NCBI GenBank assembly: GCA_000165425.1
Contig: CT868096.1
Coordinates: forward strand, 888,601-950,118
DNA length: 61,518 nt
Direction: 5' to 3'
From: Paramecium tetraurelia
Lineage: Eukaryota
Below the pieces are notes generated by a model. The model saw nothing but the letters and a program-made list of their open reading frames with translations. It searched no databases and was not told the DNA's origin. The position numbers and the translations under genes are program-made. Below, one piece after another: positions 11,796-25,949 of the stretch (within the stretch, counting starts at the first letter, position 1; every line of letters starts with the position of its first letter).

Positions 11796-14286
11796 ATGAA
11801 ATTCGCTGTATTCTTATTAAATCATATTATACCAGAATGGGCATTAATGTATTTGAATTACAAGGCAGTAAAAGCGTATCTATCAACCTCAGGAGCACTC
11901 AAAGACTTCTTATTGTATGCCAAAAAAACAAAAACTCCTTAGGAGTACAAGGAAATAAAGAAAATTGTTATGGAAAAAACATATATAATTTCCAAAATAA
12001 CCGTAGATTAGAAGGAATTTAATAAAAAGTTTACTTTAGAGTTGATAAAGGTCAGATCCTTTGTGAATGCAAAATATAATGATTTAAAGGGAAAAACTTA
12101 TAAATTGCAATTATAAATTTTGTCAATGAATAGATATCAAAGGTAACTAGAGAGAAGCAAGAAGCGATCATTAATCAGATCAAACTCTTAAGTCTCTGAA
12201 GAGTTAACTGAATAATTAACTAACCAATAAATCAAGATCCGAGAGTCTGATTTTAATCAAAAAAGTAAGAAATTGAAAGAATTATGTTTTCAATTATATA
12301 ATGAAGGGGTTAATTTTGAAAAGTACTTATCAATAAATCAAGAAGCAATTCGTAAACTCATTAAGAAATAGAATAAGAAATATATAAAGCTTAATTAGGA
12401 GTAAATTAATATAGATGAATGCAAGAAATTGGTATCAGAAATAAATTTTGATTCAAGATAAAATAAAGTGAAACAATTGCTATTTCAAGTAGAGAAATAC
12501 CTTTTAAAACACTTCTATTAAGCTAAATAAAAGATTTGCAAAGAATAACTACGTAAATACCAATTTTAGAATGGCAAAAACAACAAAGCTTGGTTTTAGT
12601 TTGGCTTATTCACTGGGTTTTCCTTAATGTTAATGTCTTTCATAATATTCCTAGCAACTCAAAAATAGTTAGACATTTTAACCAATACTCTTATATATGA
12701 ATCATTCCCTATATACAGAGGGGCCTTATTGTTTATCTTGTATTATTGGTCCTTAACTATAGTTATTCACCTATGGAATTTATCGAAGATCAATTATAAA
12801 TTATATTTTAGCTTTAATCATCATTTCTCAACAATCAACGAATAATTAAAACGAGTGATGACTTTGACCTCAATCTTTTTGTTGGTTAGCTTGTTTTATT
12901 TATGCGATGTTTCTAAATTGGGTGTCATATTTTCGAATCTTAAAGGAGAAGAGTATTTCCCTTTGGTAATCTGGGCATCTCTTTTGGCGACAGTTGCATT
13001 CCCTTCAAAAATCTTTATCAATGGAAAAGGTAGGATATGGCTTTATCGTAATTTATGGCAATCCATAAATCCTAAACTGATAGATTAGCGTCATTTTTTC
13101 ATAATCAGTCAATTTACTTCTTTAATTATCCCCTTTACTGACTTAACATATACGATATGTGAATATTCGAAAGGAGTAAATTATTGATTAATTATACATA
13201 GATCAAGAATCAAGAAGAGAATGACAACGATTAATATGATGAATGCTTCTTCATTTCAAGATATTTCACTTTAGCATTAGTGCTATTTCCATACTTCATT
13301 CTAACAATATAAATTTTATTCCTAACCTAAAAATAATAGAACATTAAACTGTACTCCATAGAATTCATACGAAATATATTATCGATTGCTCTGATAATTT
13401 TTGCCACTTTGTCGTATTAGGAACCTAACTTTTTCTATTACTGGTTAGGAATGGCAGTAGCTATTGGCTTTCTAAATATAATTTTTGCTATTAAGAAGTG
13501 GAACTATTTGGATATAAAAATAAAGAGGAAAAAACGATCGATCTCTTATAAATAAAAATTAGTATTACTATACATACCCTTTGGAATTATTTAACCAGTG
13601 TCCATATCATCTTCTATCTTTGGATGCTTGGATAAGAATGAATAGCACAGTCTTCTTATTTTATACATTGGAATTGCAGAATTGATAAGAAGTATTAATT
13701 AGAAGCAATTGGTTTTTAGGAATGATAATTAACTATTATACTGTTGATGCTGAACACTTTAGAAATAAACTGAAGTATTAGACAGTTGGCGAATACGAGT
13801 TTCCATTTGAAGAATGTTGCACAAAGATACAAAAATACTAGTTATTGTAAGTACTCTGTAAATCATATAAGATAATACGAATCCGATGATAGTGACAATG
13901 ATGAGAAGGAATTCTAGGGAGTTAGCAAAGAAAAAAGTGGCGAAGATCCTGTTATCCCTGCTCAAAATGAAATAAGAAGTAGAGCGGATATTGGACTGTT
14001 CATCTAGGGCAAGTCCACTTTTAACCAATTAAACAATTCTGAGGCCCCATCCTAAGGAAATTAGTTGAAGATTTCCGAATTGATAGTTAAGGATTCGGAA
14101 AAGGTTTTGGGGGATAGTTTTATCAATTACGACATCAATAATTTTAAACCAGATGAATTAAATTCATTAATTAATTGCTAATAAATATCGGAGAGTGATT
14201 TGCAGAGTTTGCATATTAATAATAAGAACTCTAAGAAGGAGATTAGTAAGTTGTATGAAGAGTTTGGCATAAAAATTAAATAATGA
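11796..14286 (+). CDS. SPX-EXS domain protein (XPR1/PHO1/Syg1-like)
   Basis: MKFAVFLLNHIIPEWALMYLNYKAVK (SPX start), NQEAIRKLIKKQNKK (lysine cluster), multiple TM segments, KINYKLYF, EXS-like end AELIRRMIINYYTVDAEHFRN. Confidence 0.9.
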
Positions 14287-14353
14287 ATAAGTATTTTTTA
14301 GTATAAATTGTTTGTATTATATAAAAATCAAAAAAATAATTAACGTTTATAAA

Positions 14354-15986
14354 ATGAGTTAACGAGATCTGAGTAATTTGATTTCAATCAATCCTAACGA
14401 TCCCCAACAATATTAAGACTTATTGGCTTATTATAGATCTAAATTGGGAGAATTTGAGAAGGAAAGATTTGAATGGTTGACAAAATTGGAGGAAATCAAA
14501 ATTCAATATGAGGACAAGCATCAACAGGAATGGGAATTGCTGAAAAGGAAATAAGAGATAAAAGAGTTGTAATAAACAGTGGGAGAGGCAAAAGTAAATA
14601 TACAGAATTCAAGAATTTAGTTAATGCTATTTGAAGAGAGATAGGCCCGATTGAAGTTGTAAAAGGAGAATGATGCCCTGAAGGTGAGAGAATTGGAAGA
14701 TAAAAAGAAGATTGCTGAATTAATGGCTATGATTGAACCCATTGAGGAATAAGTAGTATTATAAAAAGATTTAAGACCTGAAGTAACTACAAAATATACA
14801 GGCGATACATTGGCTGTGAGAGAGAAACAAGGAAAGTAAATTGAATGAATTAAGCTATGTAGTGTTAAGATGCACAACATCAATTAAGGGAGAAGCATAT
14901 TAAAAACAGTTTATATGCCAAACGAATAGTTGAATGCCTATTAATTGGAGAATGAAAATTTGAAAAAATAAGTTGAAAATGCAGAAATTATGTTGACCCA
15001 ATAATTCGCAGCTTTGAGAGAGGAATTGAGAGCAAAGGAAGTTGAAACCAATTTAAGAATAAAAGAAGACTAATAAAAATTAGATTAATTGGTTTAAAAA
15101 ATATAGAAATTAGAGAAACAAAATGTAGAACTTGTTAAAGGTAAAACTTATGAATATAACGAATTATAGATTGTTATGCATAAAAATAAAAATTTTAGAA
15201 TAAGGAGAGATAAATGTAAGAGGATTTGGGAGGTAGCAAAGTTGAAAAATAAAAAGTTGAAGATGGAATTGGATTAAATTTAAAAGAAATATAATATTGA
15301 AAATAAAACAGCCTTGGAATTGCTTGAAAAGAAGTCTGATGAATACAATAAAAAATTTAGAAGTCAAATCAAATCAAAAGATGAGCAATTGTCAATCATC
15401 AAAGAACAATATGAATAAGTTTAGAATATTTATATTAACAAAATATAATAATTGGAAGAGAATCTATCCAAATTAATTGAGAAGTATTATTTCATCCTAA
15501 ATTAGATATTAATAATTGGAAAAGAGAAGATCTCTAGAAATCGAAGGGTTCAAGAATGACATCAAAATATTAACTAAGAAAGTTAAAGATTGTGAGAAAT
15601 CACAAGTGGATAAATAAAATGAAAATAAATCTCCAGAAGAATTGGCTAAATATTAAGAGGAGGCTCAATAGATGAAACAATAATTAGCCAAAGAGACTGG
15701 GATCATTTATTCTTCAGGAAAGAAAAACAATGCAAATAATCAGCAATAAACCATTAAAGTAAAAGGTAATCAATAGAGAGGGGCATCAAAAACAATGAAA
15801 CAATCTAATAAACAAACCAAAAAGGGATTTAATAACTAAAGTAAGATTACAAGTTGATTTGTAGATTAAACTGATTAGAAGGAAGAGGATGATGCATCTG
15901 AATCTGTTCCAATGCATGAATTAGAAGATCTTCAACGATAATTAGATGAACTACAATATCAAATGGATAAGGCAAAGAAACAATGA
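14354..15986 (+). CDS. CCDC77: CCDC77-like centriolar coiled-coil protein
   Basis: DLLAYYRSKLGEFEKER...HQQEWELLKRKQEIKELQ...LFEERQARLKLQKENDALKVRELEDKKKIAELMA matches the CCDC77 N-terminal signature (LLEYY...ENDRLRIRELEDKKKI). Confidence 0.85.
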
Positions 15987-16071
15987 TAATAACATATCAA
16001 TTTTATATATACTATTTACAGTTAATCAAAAACTCACTTCTAATTATAAAATTAATTTGTTAATACGTTGG

Positions 16072-17471
16072 ATGCAAATTCATACTTCATCTGCTCATAC
16101 CATAAGTAAGTGCGAATCATTTTAGCATTTATCTCCATAAGCTTAAGAGGCTCTTTTAAGTTTAAAAAAAATACGGAACATTGGATGTGAAAAGAAAAGT
16201 GATCTCATAGACGTTAAAAAAATCACTACAAATAATCTTGACAATCCGTCAAACATGTCTGAAGTTAATATAGAATAGGTTGTAAAACATCCTCCATAAA
16301 ATGAATTTATGGGATCTCAAAATTTCTCGTTTATTTAGAAGTATTCAATTGATATTATTATATCAAGTTCAAGATAGTTATTGGCATTCAGAAACTCTTT
16401 AGCCCCAGATGATCCTACACCAGATTTTTCAGATGCTCTTTCGAGTGAGAGAAAATAAATCTGTGAAACTACATAAAATCAACAATTCTTTCCAAAATAG
16501 TTAAAACCAATGTAAACCTTACAATCCTAGGATCTTAATCAAATTAATAAGTACATAAGAAAACCAACTCAAGAAAAAGAGAATAAGATTAATCAACTTT
16601 CGAAAAATAATTACCATTAAAATAGATTAAGCGATTTAATATCGAAAGAAATCACCAAAACCAACTAAGCACAGTCATCAAACAATATTAGAAAAAATTC
16701 ACACACAAGCATAAATACTCACAATACATCATAAACAAAATGCAATCTATCCACCTAATAAGATTATCTGTATCAGAAAGCAATATTCTAGCAAGAAAAG
16801 TTAAAGACTTTCATTGAGAAAGGCCAACTAATGAATAATGTAAAGGAGATGAAGGAATGCACCTTTAATCCGAAGATCAACCAGAAATCTAAGATAATAA
16901 ATTCAAGTACATTTTTTGATAGACAAAATACGTGGATGAGAAAGAAGAATGATAAAATATCATAGTAAGTAGAAATCTAAAAAGAGAAAGCAACTAGAGA
17001 AGTAAATATTAAATTACATTGTAGTGCACATTCAGTCCAAATTATAGAGACAACAGTAATGTTAGAATCAATAGTTGTGATGTCTATTATAGAAATCTGC
17101 AATGGCAAAATAAAATGAATAGAAAGAAATAGCAATTGAGAAATTCGATGATTGATTTTAACAATCAAGAGATCAAAAATAACTCCAGTAAAATGCAGAT
17201 ATAAAGATCTAATTCTACATAAATGATTCATTCGTAAACTGATTTAAAATAGCTGCTTGACATTTAATTGAAATTAGATGCCCCTAAACATATCAAAAGT
17301 GTTACACCAACTCATTAAGCTACAGAAACAACAATAACTCCCAATTCTCAAAGTGGATATATGGAACTTGGAAAACGAAAAAACAGCATTGAGTAGATTG
17401 AACAAAAATATAAATTGCTTTATGATTTGGTGTAGAGTGTATCTAAAAATCCATCAAAAAAGAAAAAATGA
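16072..17471 (+). CDS. Hypothetical protein with ECTFxPKI motif
   Basis: Open table-6 frame from ATG 16072; KEMKECTFNPKIN motif; TGA 17469-17471. Confidence 0.7.
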
Positions 17472-17530
17472 ATTTTATATGTATAATTTACTTTTAAAAA
17501 TAATACAATTAAATTAATTAAAGTAAAGAA

Positions 17531-18771
<1,241 letters not shown>

Positions 18772-20195
18772 GACTTTTTAGTTTTGGTTAGTTTTTTCTA
18801 ATTTAAAAACGAAATAAATAAAATATAAAAAAGAAATTGAAATTAATTAAGTATCAAATTTCACAAAAAAACTGTCTACTTTGAATCGAAACATGACTCT
18901 TGATGAAAAATGATTTCAGATAACATTAAGGCTTCTAAAATAATCTCTCAAGATATTAATTACTATTATTTATCTTAACTTTTCTATAAGTTATTTTAAT
19001 AATGCAAAAAATCTTAAGTTGAACTTTTAAGAAGGACACCTTTTTGTAAAATCAGGAGAGTTATATTTGTTATATTTTAGTCCTTTTATTTGCATTGATA
19101 TTTCAAATAATTTATTTATGCCTATACTTTTGAGATTAAATTTATTTCATCAATTCAATTAGAAATATTATAAATATATATATTTAACAAATAATGCTGA
19201 TAAGGAAAAAATTATTTAATAGAATATTTCTCTTATTTTTAATATGCTATTGTTGTTGACAATTATTAGTGTAACTATAAAACTAATAAAATGCAGATTA
19301 CAAAAAAGGTAATCATTTAAGAATCATCTTAAATTATGTTGTTGATTTGAACAATAATTATTGCTTATGAAAATGCTATATATAAATAGATTGAAAATAT
19401 TATGAATTAGAATTATAAGCATCAAAATTTACATTCGAATGTTTAGAAGATATACTTTCATTTAATATGAAGTAGAAATGATTTAAATTTAAGAGGAAGA
19501 ATTTAAAAAGTATGAAATGGAGGTATAATATTCATTTTAGTTAAATACTAAATGATTATAACAATATTTTGGGACAGCCTTAATCTATATTAAGGATTAA
19601 GGAGCGATTTAAACCTATTATTATATTATTTGTATTGAAAAAACTGAAATTAAACTATGATTCTAACAATTTAGAATCATAATTATTTTTAGAAGCTTAT
19701 ATTTTCTAATGGCATAATTTAGGATATTACTAATCTTCTTCAATAATTTTTTATATTTATGTATAAATTGATATTAATTCAATTTCTTAATTAAATTTTA
19801 TAAATTTATAATAATATTGATGAAATTCAGAATTTCAAACAATTTATGAGTGCTGTTAGATTTTCTCAACAATTTAAAATAAAGAAGAAAATAATATCAA
19901 ATCAAAGAAATTTATGAATCTCTATCCCCAAAATCTTTTTTTATGTTTTTGAAGTAATTATGATGAGTAAATTTTTAATAATAGTTAATGTAATTTAATA
20001 AGATATTTGTTGCTCTAAAAATTTTAAATTAATGCAATAATGTATAAATATTTCCAATCGGAAAGAGTATTAATTATCAAAATTGTAAAAAAGGGAACAA
20101 ATATTTTCAATTTATGAATTGAATCATAAGTATTTTAATTTGAAGAATAAATAACTGCAATATGAAGTTTTTGAATGATTGAATAATTTGAAATA

Positions 20196-21758
20196 TCAAT
20201 ACTTGATTTGTTTAACAATTCGCGAAATTCTTTCTCTTGGGTATTTTGGAATGATCTTTGAAAAGGTGCCTGGAACATACATGGTTTTGGGTAGTTTAGT
20301 AACAGAATTGGATAATGGATGTGCAGTTGGTTCTGTAAGCAAATGTTATGGAATTTATGGAACACTCTATTGTTGTTAGAATGGCTATTAAATTTATGGC
20401 AATTTGGTAGTAGTAGGTGTAATAAAGGCAGAGGGATCATGTATTAACAATTCATCATAATGATCTGATATGATTGAAATGGTTCCATTAAGTTTTTACA
20501 ATATAGAGGAGTTTAGAGATTGAATGCTTTGATCTCCATTAATGGACAGAGGTACATTCTGAGGATTGGATGATTGGACTTGTTGAGATAATTGAACTTT
20601 GTTTTGAGTTAGATTCAACTGTTTAGTGGTGAAACTGGATTGCAAGGGTTGATTAGTGATGATTGAATACTCTTCTTTGCTCATTTTAAGATGGATTTAG
20701 GATAGAGTCTTCTGCAATTCCTTAGGATCTTTGATTTCAATCAAGGAATGCTGTCGATCATTTCTCTTTTCGTTTTTGCCTTCTATGAATGCAACTCCCT
20801 ATTTTAATTAAATGATATCAATTTATGATGTGCTAAAACGATTAGATAAAGTTGAAGGGTTACATTATTCGATAGTTTTCTTTTTGTGATTATTGATTGA
20901 TTCTAATTATTTTTTATGATGAGGGAAGAGGTCTTTAACTTCTAATAGCACTCTTTTTTCTTGGATATCTTGATAAGTCCTTGGATAGCGTTCAACATCA
21001 GGTGGCTTCTGAACTATCACTCTACCCTCAAAATCGTAAGTGTATTTGGCTACGTAAGTTGATTAATACATTTCGAATCAACATTTAATCTCTTAAGTTG
21101 TCTGTTCATCTCTTGGTACTCTTGCTTTTTAATTAGATCTTGCATCTGCTTTTATTGCAAATTATATATCTATCTAGCCTTAGCCTGACGCATAGATTCT
21201 ATCTCTGTATCGAAGTCTATGTCGTCATCCAAATCTCCCATCTTGACTGGTTGAGTATCGAATCTTTGGACTTCAGCCTTAGCATCTTCAGCACCTTACA
21301 ATTAGGATTCCCTTCTGAAAGATCTGTTTGCAATCTAAATCATTTTGGGAATCTAAATCTAGCCAATCATTCTTCTCCAATGTTCTATTGGACATGGTTT
21401 AGGTTCAACCTCATCCGAATTTGAGTCGATCTAATTCATATCCTCTGTGATATCTTAGACAATCATATTGGTGAATTGTTCTGTCCATTAACAACCAAAA
21501 GGAATCAATAAACTCATTATATAGTTCTCCTAAATAATGTCACTTGCCTTCTAGATGATCTAGCGACAGATGAATCGACTCACAATAACACTTTCAGATA
21601 ACATAATTCCTAGTTGTTCATCCTCATATTTTTAGGATAACAGTTCCAAATTCGGAAAATCTTATAAATACATACGTGATACCATGTATGCTCATTTGTG
21701 AAAGTTGACGTTTTGGAGACCCTGACAAACTAGAAATCGCTTAACTTCTCCTTTTCAT
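20196..21758 (-). CDS. Hypothetical protein (EPKPCPIEHWRR motif)
   Basis: ATG 21758 (MKRRSQAISSLSGSPKRQ...), tiny intron, long frame ending ...YPRERISRIVKQIKY* at 20196. Confidence 0.75.
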
Positions 21759-21783
21759 TATATACAAAATAATTCAATTAAAA

Positions 21784-24700
21784 TCAAAAAATAATCTCGC
21801 TATCGTCATGGATTTTAGCACTTTATCCCTCAAAATATGCATACTTTCTCAACTCCTTTGAAACCCAATAAGGACAATCCGGAATCATTATTCCTAATAT
21901 GTACTTTATTAATAATAATATATGCTCGATAGCTGCCAATACTAACACTTAAATCAGAGGATTGCTATCCCCTATCAATCCTTCGAACTCAGCCTTATTC
22001 ACTATCCCTATGACAAGGCAATTCATAAAGGTGGAGCAGTAATTCATTAGTTCGAAAATGGACAACCAAATCCCAATGGAGTCAGCGGCTTATGCTCTCT
22101 TTAGTATTTTAAAATCTTACTTCTCTTTTTAATACTCTCTGATAATTTGAAATTGAAAATTGCAAGTTTATAAATTGATTCAACAGGAAAAACAAAGGAG
22201 CAGCTGCAAATGCAGGTGAAAACATAGTTGTGTACCCAAATTGAATTGCAATATTTGTGTATTCCTCATATAGTTCTTTTTATGGCTATTTGTTATTACT
22301 GTCCTCCATCATCTTCATGAATTCAATCTGCTAAGCCTATTTCAACTTCTCCTTCACATACTACATATCACAGATCTTGAATTATTCCTTGAACACTTTG
22401 AAAGTTTCAAATTTATCTTTTAGTCCCCACTTCAAGTAGTTATACAAGAGATAGGGTAGACAATTACTTTATAAATTAGATATCAAACCTCTTGTTATAA
22501 TAATACTTGCCACAGATAATGTTAATTATGTCTAGTCTGTTTTAAATAATACAGCATAAACTACTGAAATGTAAGATATTAAAAATTCAAATAAAAACAC
22601 TTTTAACACATAAGAATGCTCCATTTCAGAATTATATTTATGGTTTTCCCAATTTACCACAAATTTACATAGCCGTTTATATAAATCACACAAAACAGTC
22701 ATGCTAACCCCATTCAATGAATTGATAATTATAGGCATATACACACTTTGAGGATCCTATTATCCCTGCCATTAATTGAATGCCAGAAAACTTACTAATA
22801 TTATTGAGAACCCTAACATTATTACAGAAAATTCAGCTATCAATCTTCTCTTGAAAGTTGTAAATGAATCATAAACTTCAACCTTGTTTTTGCATGGCTC
22901 AACTGTGTAAAGTCCTGTATACATGACTCTCTAAGGTTCTTGCTGCTTAAATTTATGCATATCCCAAATGTATTTCAGTTCTGATTCTCGGTTCTTCCAC
23001 TTCTCCATAAAGAGGGTCGCCCATAGAGACATGAACAAGGCAAATGAAGGTAGGATAGAGGCACTTTGATATTTCGATATATTACTGCATCTTATCAGCA
23101 ATCAATTGATATAATTAGATTGCTGATCCTACCAAAGCTGGCAATATTAGCCAGCCTACTATTTGAACATTAAACGCTATGTACCACGCAATAACAGGTC
23201 CATAATAGGATGCTATTGAGTTCAAGGGTCTCAGTGCAATCTAATGAGTCTATATCCTAATTGTATCTCGAATACAATTGTATTAAAGTTCCTTCCATAA
23301 CACACTTACTTTTTATGATTTCGAACTGTCTTCCAAAGGAAAGTGTGAAATCACCAACCCTTCTAAGACAAACTTATCTAAATCGAACTCTTCATTTAAC
23401 ACATTAATGATCAGTTACTGAATCTACAATGGCTTGGGGAATTCAAAATGACCATAATCTCTATATTTAAATTTTGTCAAATGCTTAAGTTAATTAAATT
23501 ATACCTTCTTTGTAAAATGATAGCATTCAATCTAATAGATGTCTGCTAACTTGTAGATAGTGTCTGCTGACAATTTGATTACATAATAATGATGCCTTAC
23601 ACAATGCTCTTTTCCATTCTTCAAATAAGCATAATTGGGAGTATTTATTATGAGAAATTCAAATTCCATGTTACGCTATTAGAAGGACTACCTGATATTC
23701 TACAATTACAGTAGTACAATATCTTGATATAGATCGTGGCTCCCTGAAGTTTAAATTACATACATGTATCCCATCAAATTGAAGCTCTATTCCTTTCCTT
23801 TCCGATAGTGATTTTCATAGTATCTTACCATCTTTTCATCGAATGTCAGTTCTATGGGCATCAAACATCGATGATTCAAGACATCCATTGATACACCATG
23901 TTCTACCAATATCTTCATGCATTCAAAATTATTAATTTCTATTGCCAAATGTAACGCATTGGAGGGATTCTAATCGGTCATTATATTAAATGCCTCCACC
24001 TAAAAGGATTTCAAATGAAATTTACCTTATTAAAAATATCTTTCTTAACATAAGTCTTAGTAAATTAACCTTATGTTATTGATCTATGCAATTTTAAAAG
24101 GTCTTTTAATTCCTAATACTCATAGTCGCTCTCCAAAATATGTTTCAGAATTTAGTATTTCCCTTTATTGGCTGCAATATGTAGACAATTAAATCCTTAA
24201 TATTAAATTAAAAATGGATTGCATTTCTACTTTAAAAAATATACAAAAAATTCTGCTGACTCAATTCTTGCTGACCAAAATTGTAATCTACATTCAAATA
24301 ATTATTTCTTAGTTTAACTTTTTGCATAATGAAAAATAGTATAAGTTTCATTAAAGGTTGTGCTTTTTCTTTTGAATAACCTTTGCCCTGGTCTCTTAAG
24401 TGAGGGTCTCATTGATTTTACTCTCGAAAAGTCCTTAATTGAAGGTCTAAATTCATCTTATGATAATTGAATTTCTTAGGAGAGTTGTCTTCCAAATTAT
24501 GAAGGACCTTATGATTATTGATATTGAGAAGCCAAATATTTTGATTATTCAGATCTCGAAGGTATTATATTAGATTTAAATAGTTTACCAAATTCATCCT
24601 CTTGTTATAAAAAGACCCTCTATTAATTTCTTTCACTTTCTAAATCAGTTTAATAAATATTTGGATTTTCATTTTTATCTCTAATGTTCAAATGAGGATC

Positions 24701-25765
24701 TGAGAAGAGAGTGTTTGTTGGTTAAATGATTTTCAATGAGGGAATCTTTTCAGCGTCTGGTTCATGAAAATCTTGTTATGAATCTTCAAAAGGTAACTCA
24801 TTCTACACATTCTTATTAGGTAATTTCTTCATTCTCTCCTAAATCAACTTAAACTATTAACTAATCCTGGAACTGATTGAATCTCTCTTCTAAATAGTTG
24901 TACCTGCTTATTGCACTTTAGACATTAATGTCATAGTTGTTTATCCACATTGTAGATGTAAATTGAATTTTTCTTAGTCAATACTATCTAATTCATTTGC
25001 TGGTTCTTTTAATTGGGGCTCATTGATGATAACTGGATTTTCCAAATTATTTGATTTCTAAGATACAGATAGTTATGCAATGGTTCTTTGAGTGTTGAGA
25101 TTCCTAAGCAATTTGAACTGGTGCCCATCTTTTTTTAAGGCATATTCTTAGACAGTTTTAATAAAAATGCCTTTATATTTTTTCCTATTATAATTTGAAT
25201 AGCAATTACTGATATTCTTCTGGTCGATTTTCCAGAAACAAGTAATCTATTGGATACATATCAAATTAATCCAACTAATATTAGAGATCTGCGTAATTAG
25301 ACAAGAGGAAATCAATTAAATCTGAGTTTCCATAATAATATGCCCAATGTAATGGGTTGGCTCGTTTAAATTTGTTCTCTGTGGGCATTTTGGCTTTATG
25401 ATCCAAAAGCAACTTAATTAATCTAAACTAAACTTAAGAATTATATTCCTTCATAAAACTTTGCATAGAGATAATATGACTTACCCTTTTATGCTAGCAA
25501 GCTCGACTGCTGTGTAGTGATGAAGATCCACTTGATTGAGGTCAATAATTTATGAATACGATGAGAGCCATTTTTCTAGCAAGCTTAATTAGCCTAAATA
25601 AGCAGCCCAATGGAGTACATTTCGTTTTTCCTTGTCAACCATTTTGAAAAATGAATTCAATCCATCCTGGTTTTATTGTAGACATTATTCGAAAAATATG
25701 CGCAGGGTTTCAGTATTACCATCCTTAACCCATTCCAAAATTTGAGTCTATGTAATTTTAAACAT
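21784..25765 (-). CDS. Ankyrin-repeat / anoctamin (TMEM16) fusion protein
   Basis: Ankyrin motifs (RNVLHWAAYLG, HHYTAVELAS, GFNCLHIAANKG, NALHLAIEINNFECMKILVEHG), then TMEM16 motifs (YYGPVIAWY, WATLFMEKWKNRESEL, WENHK, KVFLFEF, EEYTNIAIQFGY, SIGIW, AIEH, IPDCPYWV). Confidence 0.92.
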
Positions 25766-25949
25766 AATGTTTAAATTAAAAAATTTCAAGAAATTTATAA
25801 GGTTAAACACTCAAGAAATGTAATTTAAACGAGGTCGCTGAATTAAAGAGACACGAGATTACTGTAGTTCATTAAAGAATATAAATCAATAGTATATAAA
25901 TAAAATATCTTTAAATGATGTCATTATAATATTTTCGTAGTTGTAATTT

